From Pocillopora damicornis (Eukaryota): a DNA stretch of 64,000 nt. The stretch covers positions 62,001 through 126,000 of the forward strand of contig NW_020843392.1 of assembly GCF_003704095.1 (NCBI RefSeq), in the 5' to 3' direction. Shown one piece after another: positions 53,001-64,000 of this stretch (its first letter is position 1; every line of letters begins with the position of its first letter). The notes under the pieces were generated by a model that worked only from the letters and a program-made list of their open reading frames with translations, did not search any database and was not told where the DNA came from. A program made the position numbers and the translations under genes.

Positions 53001-54787
53001 CATTTGCTAACAAAGTCCAACAATAATGGACAGATGGCTGACAAAATCTTAATTTTTCACTACCCTTTGGTCAACATTTCTTCAATAAGTAAAGAAATTA
53101 AGTGAAGGAGAGAGAAAAAACAGCTTCTGTATAGCAACAACAGGATTATACTAGTATTTCAAAATCTACAGCAGTAATAAAAATAATAATGGTAAATTTA
53201 AAATGTCCAACCTGCATTTTTGTTTTGCCAAATCAAAATGGATCTACTAACAGTTGAATGTATATTATTTGAGGAATTTTGCAGCCTTGCATACATTAAA
53301 ACTTGTTAGAAGCAGTTTAATTCAAATCATGGTCGTCTGTACAAATAAAAAGTACAGGATTCCTCTTCCTACCTTTAAGATATTGAAAAACTTTCCCCCA
53401 TTTTCCTGAATCAAATGGATGAAGCCTTTCCAGGCCCATAAAACCAATATTATAGTCATCAGAGTACACTATGGGCCATTGATTGGTTTTTGCTTCTACA
53501 TACAAATGACATTCCTGATCACTATGACAACAAAACAGAAGACGGAAAAAGAGAGTTGACTGTTGATACAGCTCAGTGGGCAATGACATAATCCACAGCT
53601 GAATCCAGTTTCTAAAATGGGAAATTCCAACTTTGCCTCTTTAAAATCTTATCAGTCCCTTCTTTGTATCCCTAAAAGTTTTGTTATCCATGTTATTATT
53701 TATTTTCTTGCCTTTCAACGTTCTTATCACCTTTTTTTCAGTTTTCATTTGGTGTGTTTAATATCACCTAATTGACAATTATGATGTATACAAAATCCTG
53801 TTTCCCTGTACATGTAGTAAAACTATTTCTAACTAAATCATAATGCAATGGGTTTCGCTAAAATAAATCCTTAAAAATTTCAGTAACTTGAGGTCACTCA
53901 GACATGTATCATTTTTTCCTCAGAGCACATGATTGTCCATTCTATCCAAGTAGATACCCTATCGCCAGGTCAAATCCATTTCCTTTGGCCATGGTGTCCC
54001 CACACCAAAGTTTTGATTGTCTACCACAATAAATTTAACACATTTTATGGGACATGGTATTTTTCTTATAAAGCCCTGAACTTTACTAATAAACAAGGAC
54101 CCCTACCCCCTTGTAAATAAGATGTTTTGAAACAGTATCAAACAGAGCCAAAGATCCTTGTAGAAAAGAGCTCCCTGGTGTTTCCTAAAATGGCTCCATT
54201 TAAATTGAGTCAGGGGAAGAATACAACTCCACTCAAGTTGGCCTACATGAAAGATTCAACTGCATTCAGGAGGAAGTCTTAGAAGTCTAAGTAATGTATA
54301 ACAGACGAAACGACATGAAAGTAGGCTTCTCTGAAATATGTAGTTAGCCTACATCAAAGTCTTCGTTTAATCAAACATATATAGAGCGTTTGGTTTCAAC
54401 AGCAAAGAAAGTTATGAGCTGATACCTTAGAAAACGAGCGATCTCTTTGATTGATCATCTTACATTGTGAACCTGAAAACAGCTGTCAGTTCGTAGAGAG
54501 TTTCATTTACCAGAAGGAACTTGTCTCCACCCATCATGTGATAATGGCGCTCGGTAGGAGGACTTTTTCGGAAAAATCTAACTTCAGAGTACGATTTGAC
54601 TTTCAAGTCAGCTTCACAGCGAGAAGTCGCTTCAACACCCTCCCCGTATATTACAAAATGCTCTCAATTTAAAAACTCATTCATTGGATTCAGAAACTAA
54701 CTCGATCAAAGCTACCGAAAATGTTCTGTATCATGCTTACCTCGAGCTCTCATGTTCCTCTTTGGTGAATTTCTTCAGAACTGACAT
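47033..54787 (-). CDS. HDAC11: Histone deacetylase 11 (class IV), ~369 aa, 14 exons
   Basis: Exons: 54787-54741, 53521-53373 (WPIVYSDDYNIGFMGLERLHPFDSGKWGKV), 52887-52787, 52495-52379, 51713-51671 (ERGWAINIG), 51343-51267 (GGFHHCSGSSGGGFCAYADI), 50779-50717 (IIDLDAHQ), 50393-50297 (GNGHE), 49692-49623, 49183-49128, 48699-48647 (GTDILIGDPLG), 48248-48162 (TSGGYQ, GC donor), 47983-47902, 47100-47033. The last exon is the least certain. Confidence 0.94.
47210..47420. mobile_element. MITE, TAACC(C)TTTA..TAAAGGGTTA family
   Basis: TTAACCTTTAACCCCTAAGAG ... GTGTAAAGGGTTAA termini; partial relative at ~45925-46020. Confidence 0.8.
50845..51055. mobile_element. MITE related to 43079-43289
   Basis: Shared interior CAGCAAACAGGT.ATGA.AAT..TATCTTGATCTA.CACCAA..AGGAAAT.TGTAGCAG..GAGGGAGA.TTAA..A..AGATCTTG. 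Confidence 0.75.
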
Positions 54788-55599
54788 GTTACTTCTTACT
54801 TACCGGTAGAAGTTAAGACTAGAGCATTATGTGAGTAAAAACTCCATGTCGAGGAACTAACTCAAAGCGAAACATTCATATGACTTGGCCCGCCATTTTG
54901 GTTTTCTTTGTATCCAGGACCGCGCGACGTACAATTCCGAGTGTTGATTCAAATGGTGCAAGTCAGGGCCTTTCCGCACTAGCGGACGAAAGTAGAATTT
55001 TGCGACAAAATCAAAGGACAAATTTTATCATGACAAATTTATGTTTCGTCTGCTGCATCGGCATTAAAAATTCGCTTGATCTGTTTATGACCGGCCAGCA
55101 TAGTTGCCAAAGGATTCCACCTCCAATTTACAAGATTTATCCGTAAGTCGCTTTAAAATTTTAGAATGCCCGAGTTTTGCAGCAAGAGACAATTTGTGCC
55201 TCTCTAGTAAACTGATTTGAGTTAAACCGCACGCTTTTCGTAGCTTTTACGACAAATGATCGACAAGGTTATCGCGGTTTTGTTCATTTAATCGATTTTG
55301 TCCAGTTTTCACCCAGTGTCGGCGGTTTGTTTGAAGATTTGACCGCTTCGGTCAAAATTTGTCAAGTCGCGACAAACCATCCGCGCTTGTAAAATTTGAT
55401 GATGATAGGAAATTTGTCTAAATAACAACTTTTTCGCTAGTGTGGAAAGGCCTTTACTTCTTAGGAGAGCCTGGTGGGGTTTGGGCCTGATAAGGTTATG
55501 TGAGCAGAGGATTTGGGATGTTGGCTGCAGCTCAAGTCTCCCTTTAAAGGTGAGGGGCGAATAAGACCCGATGAAAGCGAGAAAAAAATGCAATGAAAA

Positions 55600-56020
55600 C
55601 GGGAAGGGAGGAAGGGAACTGACAAAGACTTTGAAGGGATGTGAAAGGATGTGAAAAACCAGAGAGAAAGAGAGACAGATAAACTTAAAAGAATAAAGTT
55701 CAAAGAGAGTAGGAAAGGTCAGAAGGTAATAAACTTATTTGAAGGCGGCGGGGAGAAAAAGAAAGGAACGAGGAATTACGCGAATGAGACCTGAGAAAAG
55801 CGAGAGGAAAAAAAGCAAGAAAACGAGAAGAGAAGAAGGGAACTAAGAGAAAAAAAAAACAAAAAAAAAGCAGGTGAGAGGATAACGAAAATCAGGGAAA
55901 GAAAGAGAGAAAGTTCAAAAATGGAGGGAAAGGTAAAAGGAAATAAGCTTAGCTGAAGGTGGCAGAGATAGAAATAAAGGAAAGAGAGTTTAGATGAAAT
56001 AAAGAGGAGGAGGATACAAA
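55600..56020. repeat. Purine-rich (G/A) low-complexity tract
   Basis: Strongly A/G-biased plus strand between the HDAC11 promoter and the FReD 3' end. Confidence 0.7.
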
Positions 56021-56122
56021 AACTGCAAGGCAGAGCAGTTTTAATACCATTACATTTTATTAGCATCGTCAGAGTTTACAATGCTTTCAATTTTTTGACA
56101 ATGTGCTCAGTGTCCTCAGATG

Positions 56123-57739
56123 TTAAAAAGTTACAGGTCTAATCTTCATTTCAGCTCTCTTGACGGAGTAGCGATGACCCCTCCAGTGATACCACTTCAG
56201 AGCTGAAGCAAGTGAGTTTGATCCATGATGATAGACACCATTCAGGTTCGAATAACTACAGTAGTTATACCACCAGGCTCCTTTTAAATCATCTGCGCAG
56301 TTTTTGCTCCAGTTGTCATTGTCCTGATCTTTGGTTGAAAAGGGGCATCCACGACTCTGATTTAAAGAATCGCCAGCAATTCCTGAGGTAAATTTGACAA
56401 ACGATGAATATCCCTAAAGAATTCATCCATTCAGTCAAACTACTGTAATCGCGTAGATTCATAAGTTCAATAGATAAGCTTACCTGAGTAAATTCCAAGA
56501 CTGAGCTGGTACTTTGTTTTCTCACTGGTGACGGCAAAGTAATCGTACGAGGCATACGCTGTCTTTCCTTTAGTGTCTTCCAAATCGACACGAAGCCTAA
56601 ACTTCGCACTGTTAGTCAGGCGGTTTATCTCGTCCAGTCCCAGCCAAAATTCTCCATTCAGATTACCAAACCCTATCTTGTAGTCGGTCCAGCCAAGGAA
56701 GAAATCAACAGAACCGTCTTGTCTCTTCTGGAACACTGTCCACCCCCCACCGGCTGTCTTTTGGTCACAGAACACATCAAAGGCACCTGAGCCATCAGGA
56801 TCGATTGTATAAACACCGCTGATTCTTTGACCGGATTTGTACAGCTCAGCACAGTTCTTGTAAACTGCGAAAAAAAATTAAAGAAGGATAATTACAGATT
56901 TACAGATTTTTTCAGGCTTGTTTGCAGATCTTAAAAATAAAATAATGAAAAAGTAAGCCAATTGTCAAAATATGAATTGTATGCAAACACATTATGCAAA
57001 TAATCAAGCAATCAAAAATCCTGAACAAGCCAACCAGTCATTGTTTATCGTCTGGGTGGGACGGTGGAGAGGGGAATTGGAATCACTTAGAGGGAAGGGA
57101 GGAGGGCTCAGTGGTTGCTAATAGAGTATAATGGGGGAGGGGGGGGGGGTGACCTAAGATCATTTCGCGTTTCTTTCAGCCCATTCACCTCCTCGTTAAA
57201 AAAAGGAACTTGCTGTTTCTGTAAATGTCAAACTTCGATCAAATTCTGTTGTATAAATTAAGAGCATTTACCAGCAAAGATTTTTGATATTGGTATTTGC
57301 GCATAACCTCTATATGGGAGGGAGATCATGAAAATTATGTTCCTATGAGAAGAGGATTATTAAAAGACTGTAGGGCGTTTTGTTGAATAATAGAAATTCT
57401 ATTGTGAGTCAACCAAAATCTTACCAACCCACCCCCTGCAATAGATAATTACCGATCCTTAACAGTCAGTAAAAAAAAAAAAAAAAATTTCAAATACTCA
57501 CCTTTTCCAATAGGTTTCGTTCCTTGTATACCGTTCACTTTCTTCTGAAGGTCAGTCAGTTGTGTTTTTATCTCCAGCAGCAGTTTCTTCATCTCCTTGT
57601 TAGGTCCCGCGTTAAACGTGTTGTAATTGTACACATTGTGGCACGACGTCGGCGAGGTAGGTTTATTACTAAGGGCAGCTGGGGTTAAGGCATATAAAGC
57701 CAAAAGTGTGGAAAGACAGCGCGAGGTAAGAGGAAGCAT
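56123..57739 (-). CDS. Secreted fibrinogen-related domain protein (ficolin/angiopoietin-like FReD), ~292 aa, 3 exons
   Basis: Exons: 57739-57502 (signal peptide plus short coiled coil EMKKLLLEIKTQLTDLQKKVN); 56864-56484 (NCAELYKSGQRISGVYTIDPDG..VFCDQKTAGGGWTVFQKRQDGSVDF..YKIGFGNLNGEFWLGLDEI); 56382-56123 (FSTKDQDND..NCA..GAWWYNYCSYSNLNGVY..EMKIRPVTF*). Confidence 0.95.
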
Positions 57740-59874
57740 ACCGTGACAGAATGTATTGAAGTGTCTTGTTCACCAGCTTGGTTTTAACACATTGCCTTTC
57801 ACATTACTATGACAGCCTTTCTAATACAACCCGATTTGTTTACATTCTTCGCTTCGCGAGACTTTTCGTGTCAGACACTTGGGAGAATTTCACTGATGAT
57901 CAATAGTGACGGTAGAGAATCAGTACAACGCTAAGCTAGTTTTAGTTGGCCGCAGGCTTTGCTTGAGAATGGTGAGACTGAAAGACAAACTAGGAAACAC
58001 TATTGGGCGTTTTGTTGGATAATAGAAATTCTGTTGTGAATCAACCAAAATCTCACCAAACTAGGAAAGATTGCCAAGCAAGCACAAACGAACGATCGGG
58101 TCAAACTTGGCAAGTCTCCGTAATACTTTGAGTGTGATTGATAAATGAGGCAAAGAGAGGGTTTACGCTCTCAATTCTGTTTCGTTGAAACCGAATTTGC
58201 TGTTTAGAAAATGGATGCTTATCGGCGACTCGGGACACACATACCGTTGCAAGTTTTGTTGAGATTTGGATGGCAGAAACGGAGAAGATTGTCACAAAGT
58301 AGCTATAAGAATTCATTCAAACCATCTTTGACTTGAACTTTATTTCAGCCAAATTTCCATTAGTTCCAACGTCGAGTTTGACAGAGTCAAGGTGATTAAT
58401 ATTCATTCGCAAATTTTTCTTGTTCTCAAGTTTACACTTACAAATAAGTCCGTCTGTATTTTATTCATAAGGCTTCACACTTTGTTACAATATAAATACT
58501 AGACTTCAATAATTAAAGTTGGCTGGATATAAAAATAAATCCGATCGCGTCTTTGAAGCTTTAGCACGAAATTCCTCTGATCAAAGCACTTGTTTTTATT
58601 ATTATTATCATCCTCTTTTTAGATTGAATTTTAATCTTCCTCTACACGCAGTTAATTTCAGTCAGTGAACAATCAGTGCCAAACAAGCGTAAAAGCGCAC
58701 CATAAACTGATTAACACAAAGTGGTGAAACTTAGAAATCAAAGTTTGTTTTGAGCAAAGAAGGGCATCCAAAGGGGAGTATCCAAACCAAATTTTCGCCC
58801 ATAAATACTTATGTTTACAGTCCTTCGAAAACTTGCTGTGTGCACTCGTATTTCTGGACCTCTTCCATGGACAAGGCCTCATTAACCTCGAAGACACTGC
58901 AACAAAAAGATACCCACCCTACAATTTCCCTCAAGTTGAGGGGACGCCTACCACAGGCTATACTTTAGCAGTACTTGTCTCAAGTCTCCTTCGTCGCATT
59001 TCTTTGAGGAGCGTGACACCCTACGGAATGTCACTTAACACCCTCCAAAGAGCAGCTGAGAAAGTTACAAGAGGTGACGGCTAACAAAGATAATTCACCC
59101 GACCAAGTGGTTGTTAAATTTGCGGTTGACAGTTAGCCCGCAAAAATGTTTTGCTGCAGTTGTTGATGTTCTGATGTCAGTTTTGCGCACACGGAAGGCT
59201 TGAAACGAAAAAAAAAAAGGACATCCGACTCGAAAAGAATTTTCCTCATTAATACACCATCAGTCAAAGCTGACCGTAGGATCTTACCCATTTTGTCCCC
59301 ATATTTATCGAACATTCCCAGTTCTATTGCTTAGTTTTCTCGAGCAAAACTCACGCAGCCTTTCTCTGTAGTTGTCTGAATGAGAGAGGGAGGCTGAAAA
59401 ATAAATCCATGCAGCTTAGGGCTGGCTCTGGACTGGACTAGTTCGAGTCAAGTCTAAATGGATTGAACCCTCTCTTTGACAGATTCGGGAATGCTCCGAT
59501 GCAGGGTTGGAGGCTGCTTGCGTTCATGGCATTTACATTTTTTTTTAGTTCACTTCACCGTAGTATTAAAATCGAATCCCAGCTCTTCTGTCTGTTATTA
59601 ACAGAACAAAAACACTCCAGGGTAGGCTCTGACTTCGCCGTTTCGAAGGTATCTTAGGAAACAGCCATCATTACTATTTACGTCGTTTTCTTTATTAAAT
59701 GAGACTGCTTTCACACATCTGGTGCTAACAAACTCAACCGAAAAAAGTTTTCAGATCTAGTACAATATTGCTAACGTCGGGCTTCTAGCCTCGTTTGGAT
59801 ACATTTCATCTAATTATCTACTGTTCTTTTTAAGTAGGCGACTGGGAACTAGATTTAGGTGTTCAGACGTGAGT

Positions 59875-60679
59875 CTACCGGAAGCGATAGCGCACATACG
59901 GGACCTCGACATCTTCTCCATCTTTATCGTTACAGCACAGCTCGAGCACCAGGGCCTTAACGTGAGGTTTAATTCGCTTCTTGGATACCTTTTCAACCGC
60001 TTCAGAAACTCTGTTCACGAGGGAAAACACGCGAGAAAAAAATATGAAAAAGTTTATCAAACTAAACAGTAAAGCGCATATATTGTTTCAGTTACAAAAC
60101 TGAATTAGGAGATTTCAAAATGTAAATAAAAAACGGAAATGCTGGAATCGTGAAATAGGCTCAGGTGATTACAAGAAAAAAATACTGCGTACTGGTGAGA
60201 ACCGAATGTTGGCGCGCGTCTTAAATGATATTGTAACTTATTTCCACATTAGAAAACAACAAAAGAAAACCAAAGGTGACATACTTAGTTTGTAGTCTTT
60301 CCTTCAATTTGGCAGGAGGCATGAAGAACGAGTAAAGCATACAAACGCCTTGTGAAAGCATCGTTACTTCGAGTTGATGCTCGTTCTGTTAAGAGTGAAA
60401 AGTAGAAAAACAATTGTTCGTCGATCAACAACGTAAAGATAACACTCATCAACGGACCATCTAGGTGGACAGTCGGTATTCCTATGAATAAAAGCTGCCC
60501 CATCGACAAACTATTTCAGAATGACAGGGTAATTTAGTGTCATTAACTGAGTTGATAACGTCACTCGCTCTGGCGATAGATTAACGCTCGAAATGTTAGC
60601 CTTTAAACTCTTTACGGTGGCCAATTCACGTAATCAATTCAGTTGATCATACCACGTTACCCTGTTATACTCTCCCACC

Positions 60680-60718
<39 letters not shown>

Positions 60719-63654
60719 ATTCACGAATGCACCCTTTTTATTCGAGGGTCTTAAAATTAAAACTAGAGTTATATTGCAAAGGAAAGTACTAGTTATGTCA
60801 TAATGAACTGAGAGAAAATCAATTTTATCAACATCAAGGGAGGGTAAACTCATGTGACTAAGTTGCAAGTTGGTATCTGATTTGGCGTGGCAGAACTAGC
60901 CTGTGGGAAGGCAATTTGACAGCTAGCAAATTGTAGAGGCAGTCACGAAGGCGATGAAACGTACATTACACTTTACTAGTGCTATTCTCCTTCGCAGCCG
61001 TTCTCTGGGATGTCACGTAACACTTCCGTAATAACGCTTCCCAATAAAACGGTGAGACTACACCTGCGCGTGCGCCGTTTCGAGCAGTAGTGCCCACTTT
61101 TCTGATCTGCGCGCCTACTACGCAAGCAATAGGACAAATGTGTCTCCGATCGGTAAATAAAAACGCGGAACACTTACTGATCAGAGCACGTTGTGAGAGT
61201 TTCAGAGCCGAGGGAATATAAAGGTAGAACTAACATAACTACTTTCCACTTATGGTCACATGAATCTGCGCGGAAAATGTTTTTGTTTGGAAGTAAAGTT
61301 CACTTTTAACTTTAGCTCAGTAGTTCATAATGAGCCATACACAGCTCTTTGATACCCAAAATACATTGCGAATTTTGAATGTCGAAAATCGTCCACTGAA
61401 AAAAACCAGACAATCAAAACGATGTTTTTGTACAGATGGGTCTTTCAAAATATACCTGGAAGAGGTCAAAAAGTTCCTGCAGGGTCATCTCACTTCCGTC
61501 TTCCTTGCGTCCGTTAACCTCAAATCGATCCCAGAGTGTAAACTCGTTTTCGTAATACTGTAAAGATAGAGTGCAAGGCTTAGAACGCTTTTCGAAAAAG
61601 CATCGTACCAAAGTAATCACCACGGCCAATAGCAAGAAAGTTAAATAAGAACTCCATGAATCAGTTCACTTGAGAACTTTGACCTCTGTTGGCAGGCGGT
61701 AAGGTTTGCTTTCTGTTACGTTTTTGCTCGTTTGTTTGTTTGTTATTTCAGAAGGGTCTTGCGTTAAACTTTCCTAGTTAATTTTTTTTTTACGTTGAGC
61801 CCGCTCAATTTGATGCTGGCGTGCATTGGTCGGAAAAAGTATAGAAGTCTTACCTTGTTTTTCGGTGCAGTGATTGGTTCCGAAAAGCCAAAGAATGGCA
61901 AAGCAAGATTGATGAATCCGTTTTTGAAGGTCTCCAGTTTCTTATTTCCCTGAACGATCTAAAATTCCAACAAAAGAAATCAATAAAGTATTTCAATTCT
62001 TATCTTGCACCAGGTTAGAGCTCAGGACAGACGAGATCTCTTACTTACCTTGAACAGCTCCAGTGAGACCAGAGCGCTGACCAAGGCAGTTGTAGTAGCA
62101 ATAGCTGGGATGATCTTACCGGCAATCAACTTACTCTGTGAAGAGGGAACAAAAGGTATGACAATTGACCTTTCCCCGTGAAATGGAGTTTCTGACGCGA
62201 CGAGACTTTGATACGCCCTGAACCACGATTTTTTATTGTTATCACGGTGAACAATAATTTCCGTAACACTCTTTTTTAACAAATCACATATTAGCGGAAG
62301 AAATGTTTACTAAAGATATCATTAGAGGGAAATTCTGTACAAGCGGTATCACGTCTCGGACACGTGTCAAATGGTTAGCGCTAAGGAAAAGAACTTCTAA
62401 CTCCAAACAAGTCTGTTGTGATAAAGTTTCTTTCTGTGAAACATGATTAGCACCACCCTTTAATCATCGTCACCGTCTGTGTGTACCTTGTGTCTGTCAG
62501 CTGGTGGGATTTCGTAGTTAGCTGCTCTCAAGTTGGATGCTGCCACAATGAAATCCATATGGAAGTTCGTGTCATCATCCTGCAAATGTCAATTTAAAAT
62601 TGAATCAGGTGACGATTTCAAACACCAATTCGCTTCAAACAGCTTCCTCGTAAACAGCAGAAGAAAGAAGCCGAAGAAGCTTACAGCAACTCTTATTTGG
62701 GAGAATAACGGCACTCGTGGAGTTGACAAGTTCTGAATCTCAAGTCGACGAAAGCCGCTTTCAATGATTTCAATAACAAATAACAAACCTTTTCAAAGTC
62801 AACAGGATTCATCTTAAAACTTGGCATCTGCTCCTTTACGGCAAGAACTGCAGCTTTTGTCACTTCAAGGATGTCTTGATCTGTGAAGAAGTGATATATG
62901 AGCGGATGAATCTTTCAGCCTCCTTTAATTCTTACTTATTAAATTATTTGCGATAGTTGGGCCCAGTTCAGCTTTCAAGCTGGTTTAAATGGGGACCTGA
63001 ATAGACAATATCAAGACTACACCACAACACCGAGAGCTACGCCCCCCACTCTTTGCGAGAAGTGCTTCGGTTCTTTAACGTCCCCTGTTAACCAAAACGG
63101 TGAAAATTCTGGGGATGGGGCCTACGGTTTACCGTCCTTATCCGAGAAGAATAGAATATCTAACCATTTGCGAACATCATAGCAAAAGCAGAATATTCTC
63201 CTCAATTATTTTAAGACTATGAGTGTTGATCTAGTGGAGAACTCGACCCTCGACTTTCCACACAGCAGTCCGGCGCTCTACAACATGAACTAACCAGGCG
63301 TGGTTACCCCATCCCGATCACGACCCATATCGAAAATTCGTCACTTGAAGTAAAAGTTTTGGCAGAAAGAAAGTATATGGTCCCAATAGCAGGGACTCAA
63401 AACTTGAAAATAAAACAAAAACAACTCACCAACAGACCCAGAGTTCTCCTGAGCTGCTTCCTCGTCAGTTACCGAAATTTTCACACCTTTCAGAAAGAAT
63501 ACGAGAGGATCACAACAAATCAGGAAAGAAAAATGAACTGACCCAAAAGTTAAAAACAAACCAACCCACCCTGAAAACTAACCTGATTTCGGTTCAAACG
63601 TTGGCACTTTGACCGTCTTAAGAGAATCAAGTACGAGTTTTTGGTCTCGTGAAC
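59875..63654 (-). CDS. UBA1: Ubiquitin-activating enzyme E1, 3' portion (5' exons lie beyond the window)
   Basis: Exons: 63654-63583, 63486-63430, 62880-62789 (..PVDFEK), 62579-62487 ([31 protein letters not shown]), 62135-62049 ([16 protein letters not shown]), 61958-61854 ([17 protein letters not shown]), 61557-61456 (TLWDRFEV), 60385-60285 ([19 protein letters not shown]), 60010-59875 ([25 protein letters not shown]). Confidence 0.96.
60525..60722. repeat. Palindromic interspersed repeat carrying a decayed minimal hammerhead-ribozyme motif (Penelope-like)
   Basis: Inverted arms GGGTAATTTAGTGTCATTAACTGAGTTGATAACGT and ACGTAATCAATTCAGTTGATCATACCACGTTACCC flank CTGGCGA-TAGATTAACGCTC-GAAA, a mutated CTGANGA..GAAA core. 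Confidence 0.55.
63000..63302 (-). mobile_element. tRNA-derived SINE
   Basis: Minus strand begins CGCCTGGTTAGTTCATGTTGTAGAGCGCCGGACTGCTGTGTGGAAAGTCGAGGGTCGAGTTC, a tRNA-like head with box A and box B remnants, followed by ~240 nt of non-tRNA body in a UBA1 intron. Confidence 0.7.
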
Positions 63655-63747
63655 CTTAAAAAACAAACGAAACGTGTTACTATCAAACGTATAAATTCAT
63701 AGTTTTGACATACAGTAACTAGACCACCTTGGAGAAGAGAAAAAAAA

Positions 63748-63836
63748 ATGCCACTCAACCTCTAGCCAAACAACGGCTATGACTACAAAAAACATGCCAC
63801 TCAACCTCTAGCCAAACAACGGCAATGACAACAAAA
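63748..63836. repeat. ~46-bp tandem duplication
   Basis: ATGCCACTCAACCTCTAGCCAAACAACGGC(T/A)ATGAC(T/A)ACAAAA occurs twice. Confidence 0.85.
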
Positions 63837-64000
63837 TTAAAAATATGAACAACAACAAACAAAAGAACTCTAACTTAAAAAAAGGAACTAAAAACAATGC
63901 ACGGTAAAGCTAAGCAAGAAACAAATAAAAAGACACACAGAAGACAGAAGAAAGAAGACAATAGGGCGACAGTTTGCAGCGATCGTGTGACTCCCAGAAA

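Noticed and set aside
55440-55580. GC-richer island upstream of HDAC11 as a possible ncRNA
   Set aside because: Only a 5-bp closing stem was found, with no recognisable RNA-family motifs.
55776-56066. Hydrophobic F/L/S-rich ORF resembling a membrane protein
   Set aside because: Translation of the complement of a purine-rich low-complexity tract.
63230-63302. tRNA gene
   Set aside because: The cloverleaf is degenerate and continues into a SINE body, so it was called a SINE head.
1-64000. Prokaryotic systems (operons, CRISPR arrays, IS elements, defence islands)
   Set aside because: The sequence is spliceosomal-intron-containing animal DNA. No repeat-spacer array or long intronless ORFs are present.

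Overview
Eukaryotic, intron-rich, AT-rich animal DNA with five N-gaps. The gene set and repeat families suggest a scleractinian coral (inference). Seven protein-coding genes were reconstructed by hand from splice sites and reading phase. (1) A 20-exon fibulin-1/2-like gene (+, 1982-21585). (2) A LIM-only LMO1/3-like gene nested antisense in its 8th intron (-, 9892-12052). (3) An unnamed 15-exon, ~956-aa secreted glycoprotein built from alternating beta-sandwich-like repeats with an Asp-box C-terminal module (-, 23693-39770). (4) A RIB43A/RIBC ciliary gene with an RFX X-box (+, 42018-45497). (5) HDAC11 (-, 47033-54787). (6) A fibrinogen-related protein (-, 56123-57739). (7) The 3' part of UBA1 (-, 59875 to at least 63654). 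Introns and intergenic DNA hold MITEs, a tRNA-derived SINE, a Crypton-like fragment, a decayed RecQ-helicase fragment and decayed hammerhead-type repeats. The most interesting observations are the fibulin-RIBC-HDAC11 linkage that mirrors the human FBLN1-RIBC2 and HDAC11-FBLN2 neighbour pairs, the unnamed repeat protein, FOLN-like modules inside the fibulin, and an unexplained ~225-nt self-complementary island upstream of the nested LMO gene. All coordinates were read by eye and may be off by a few bases.
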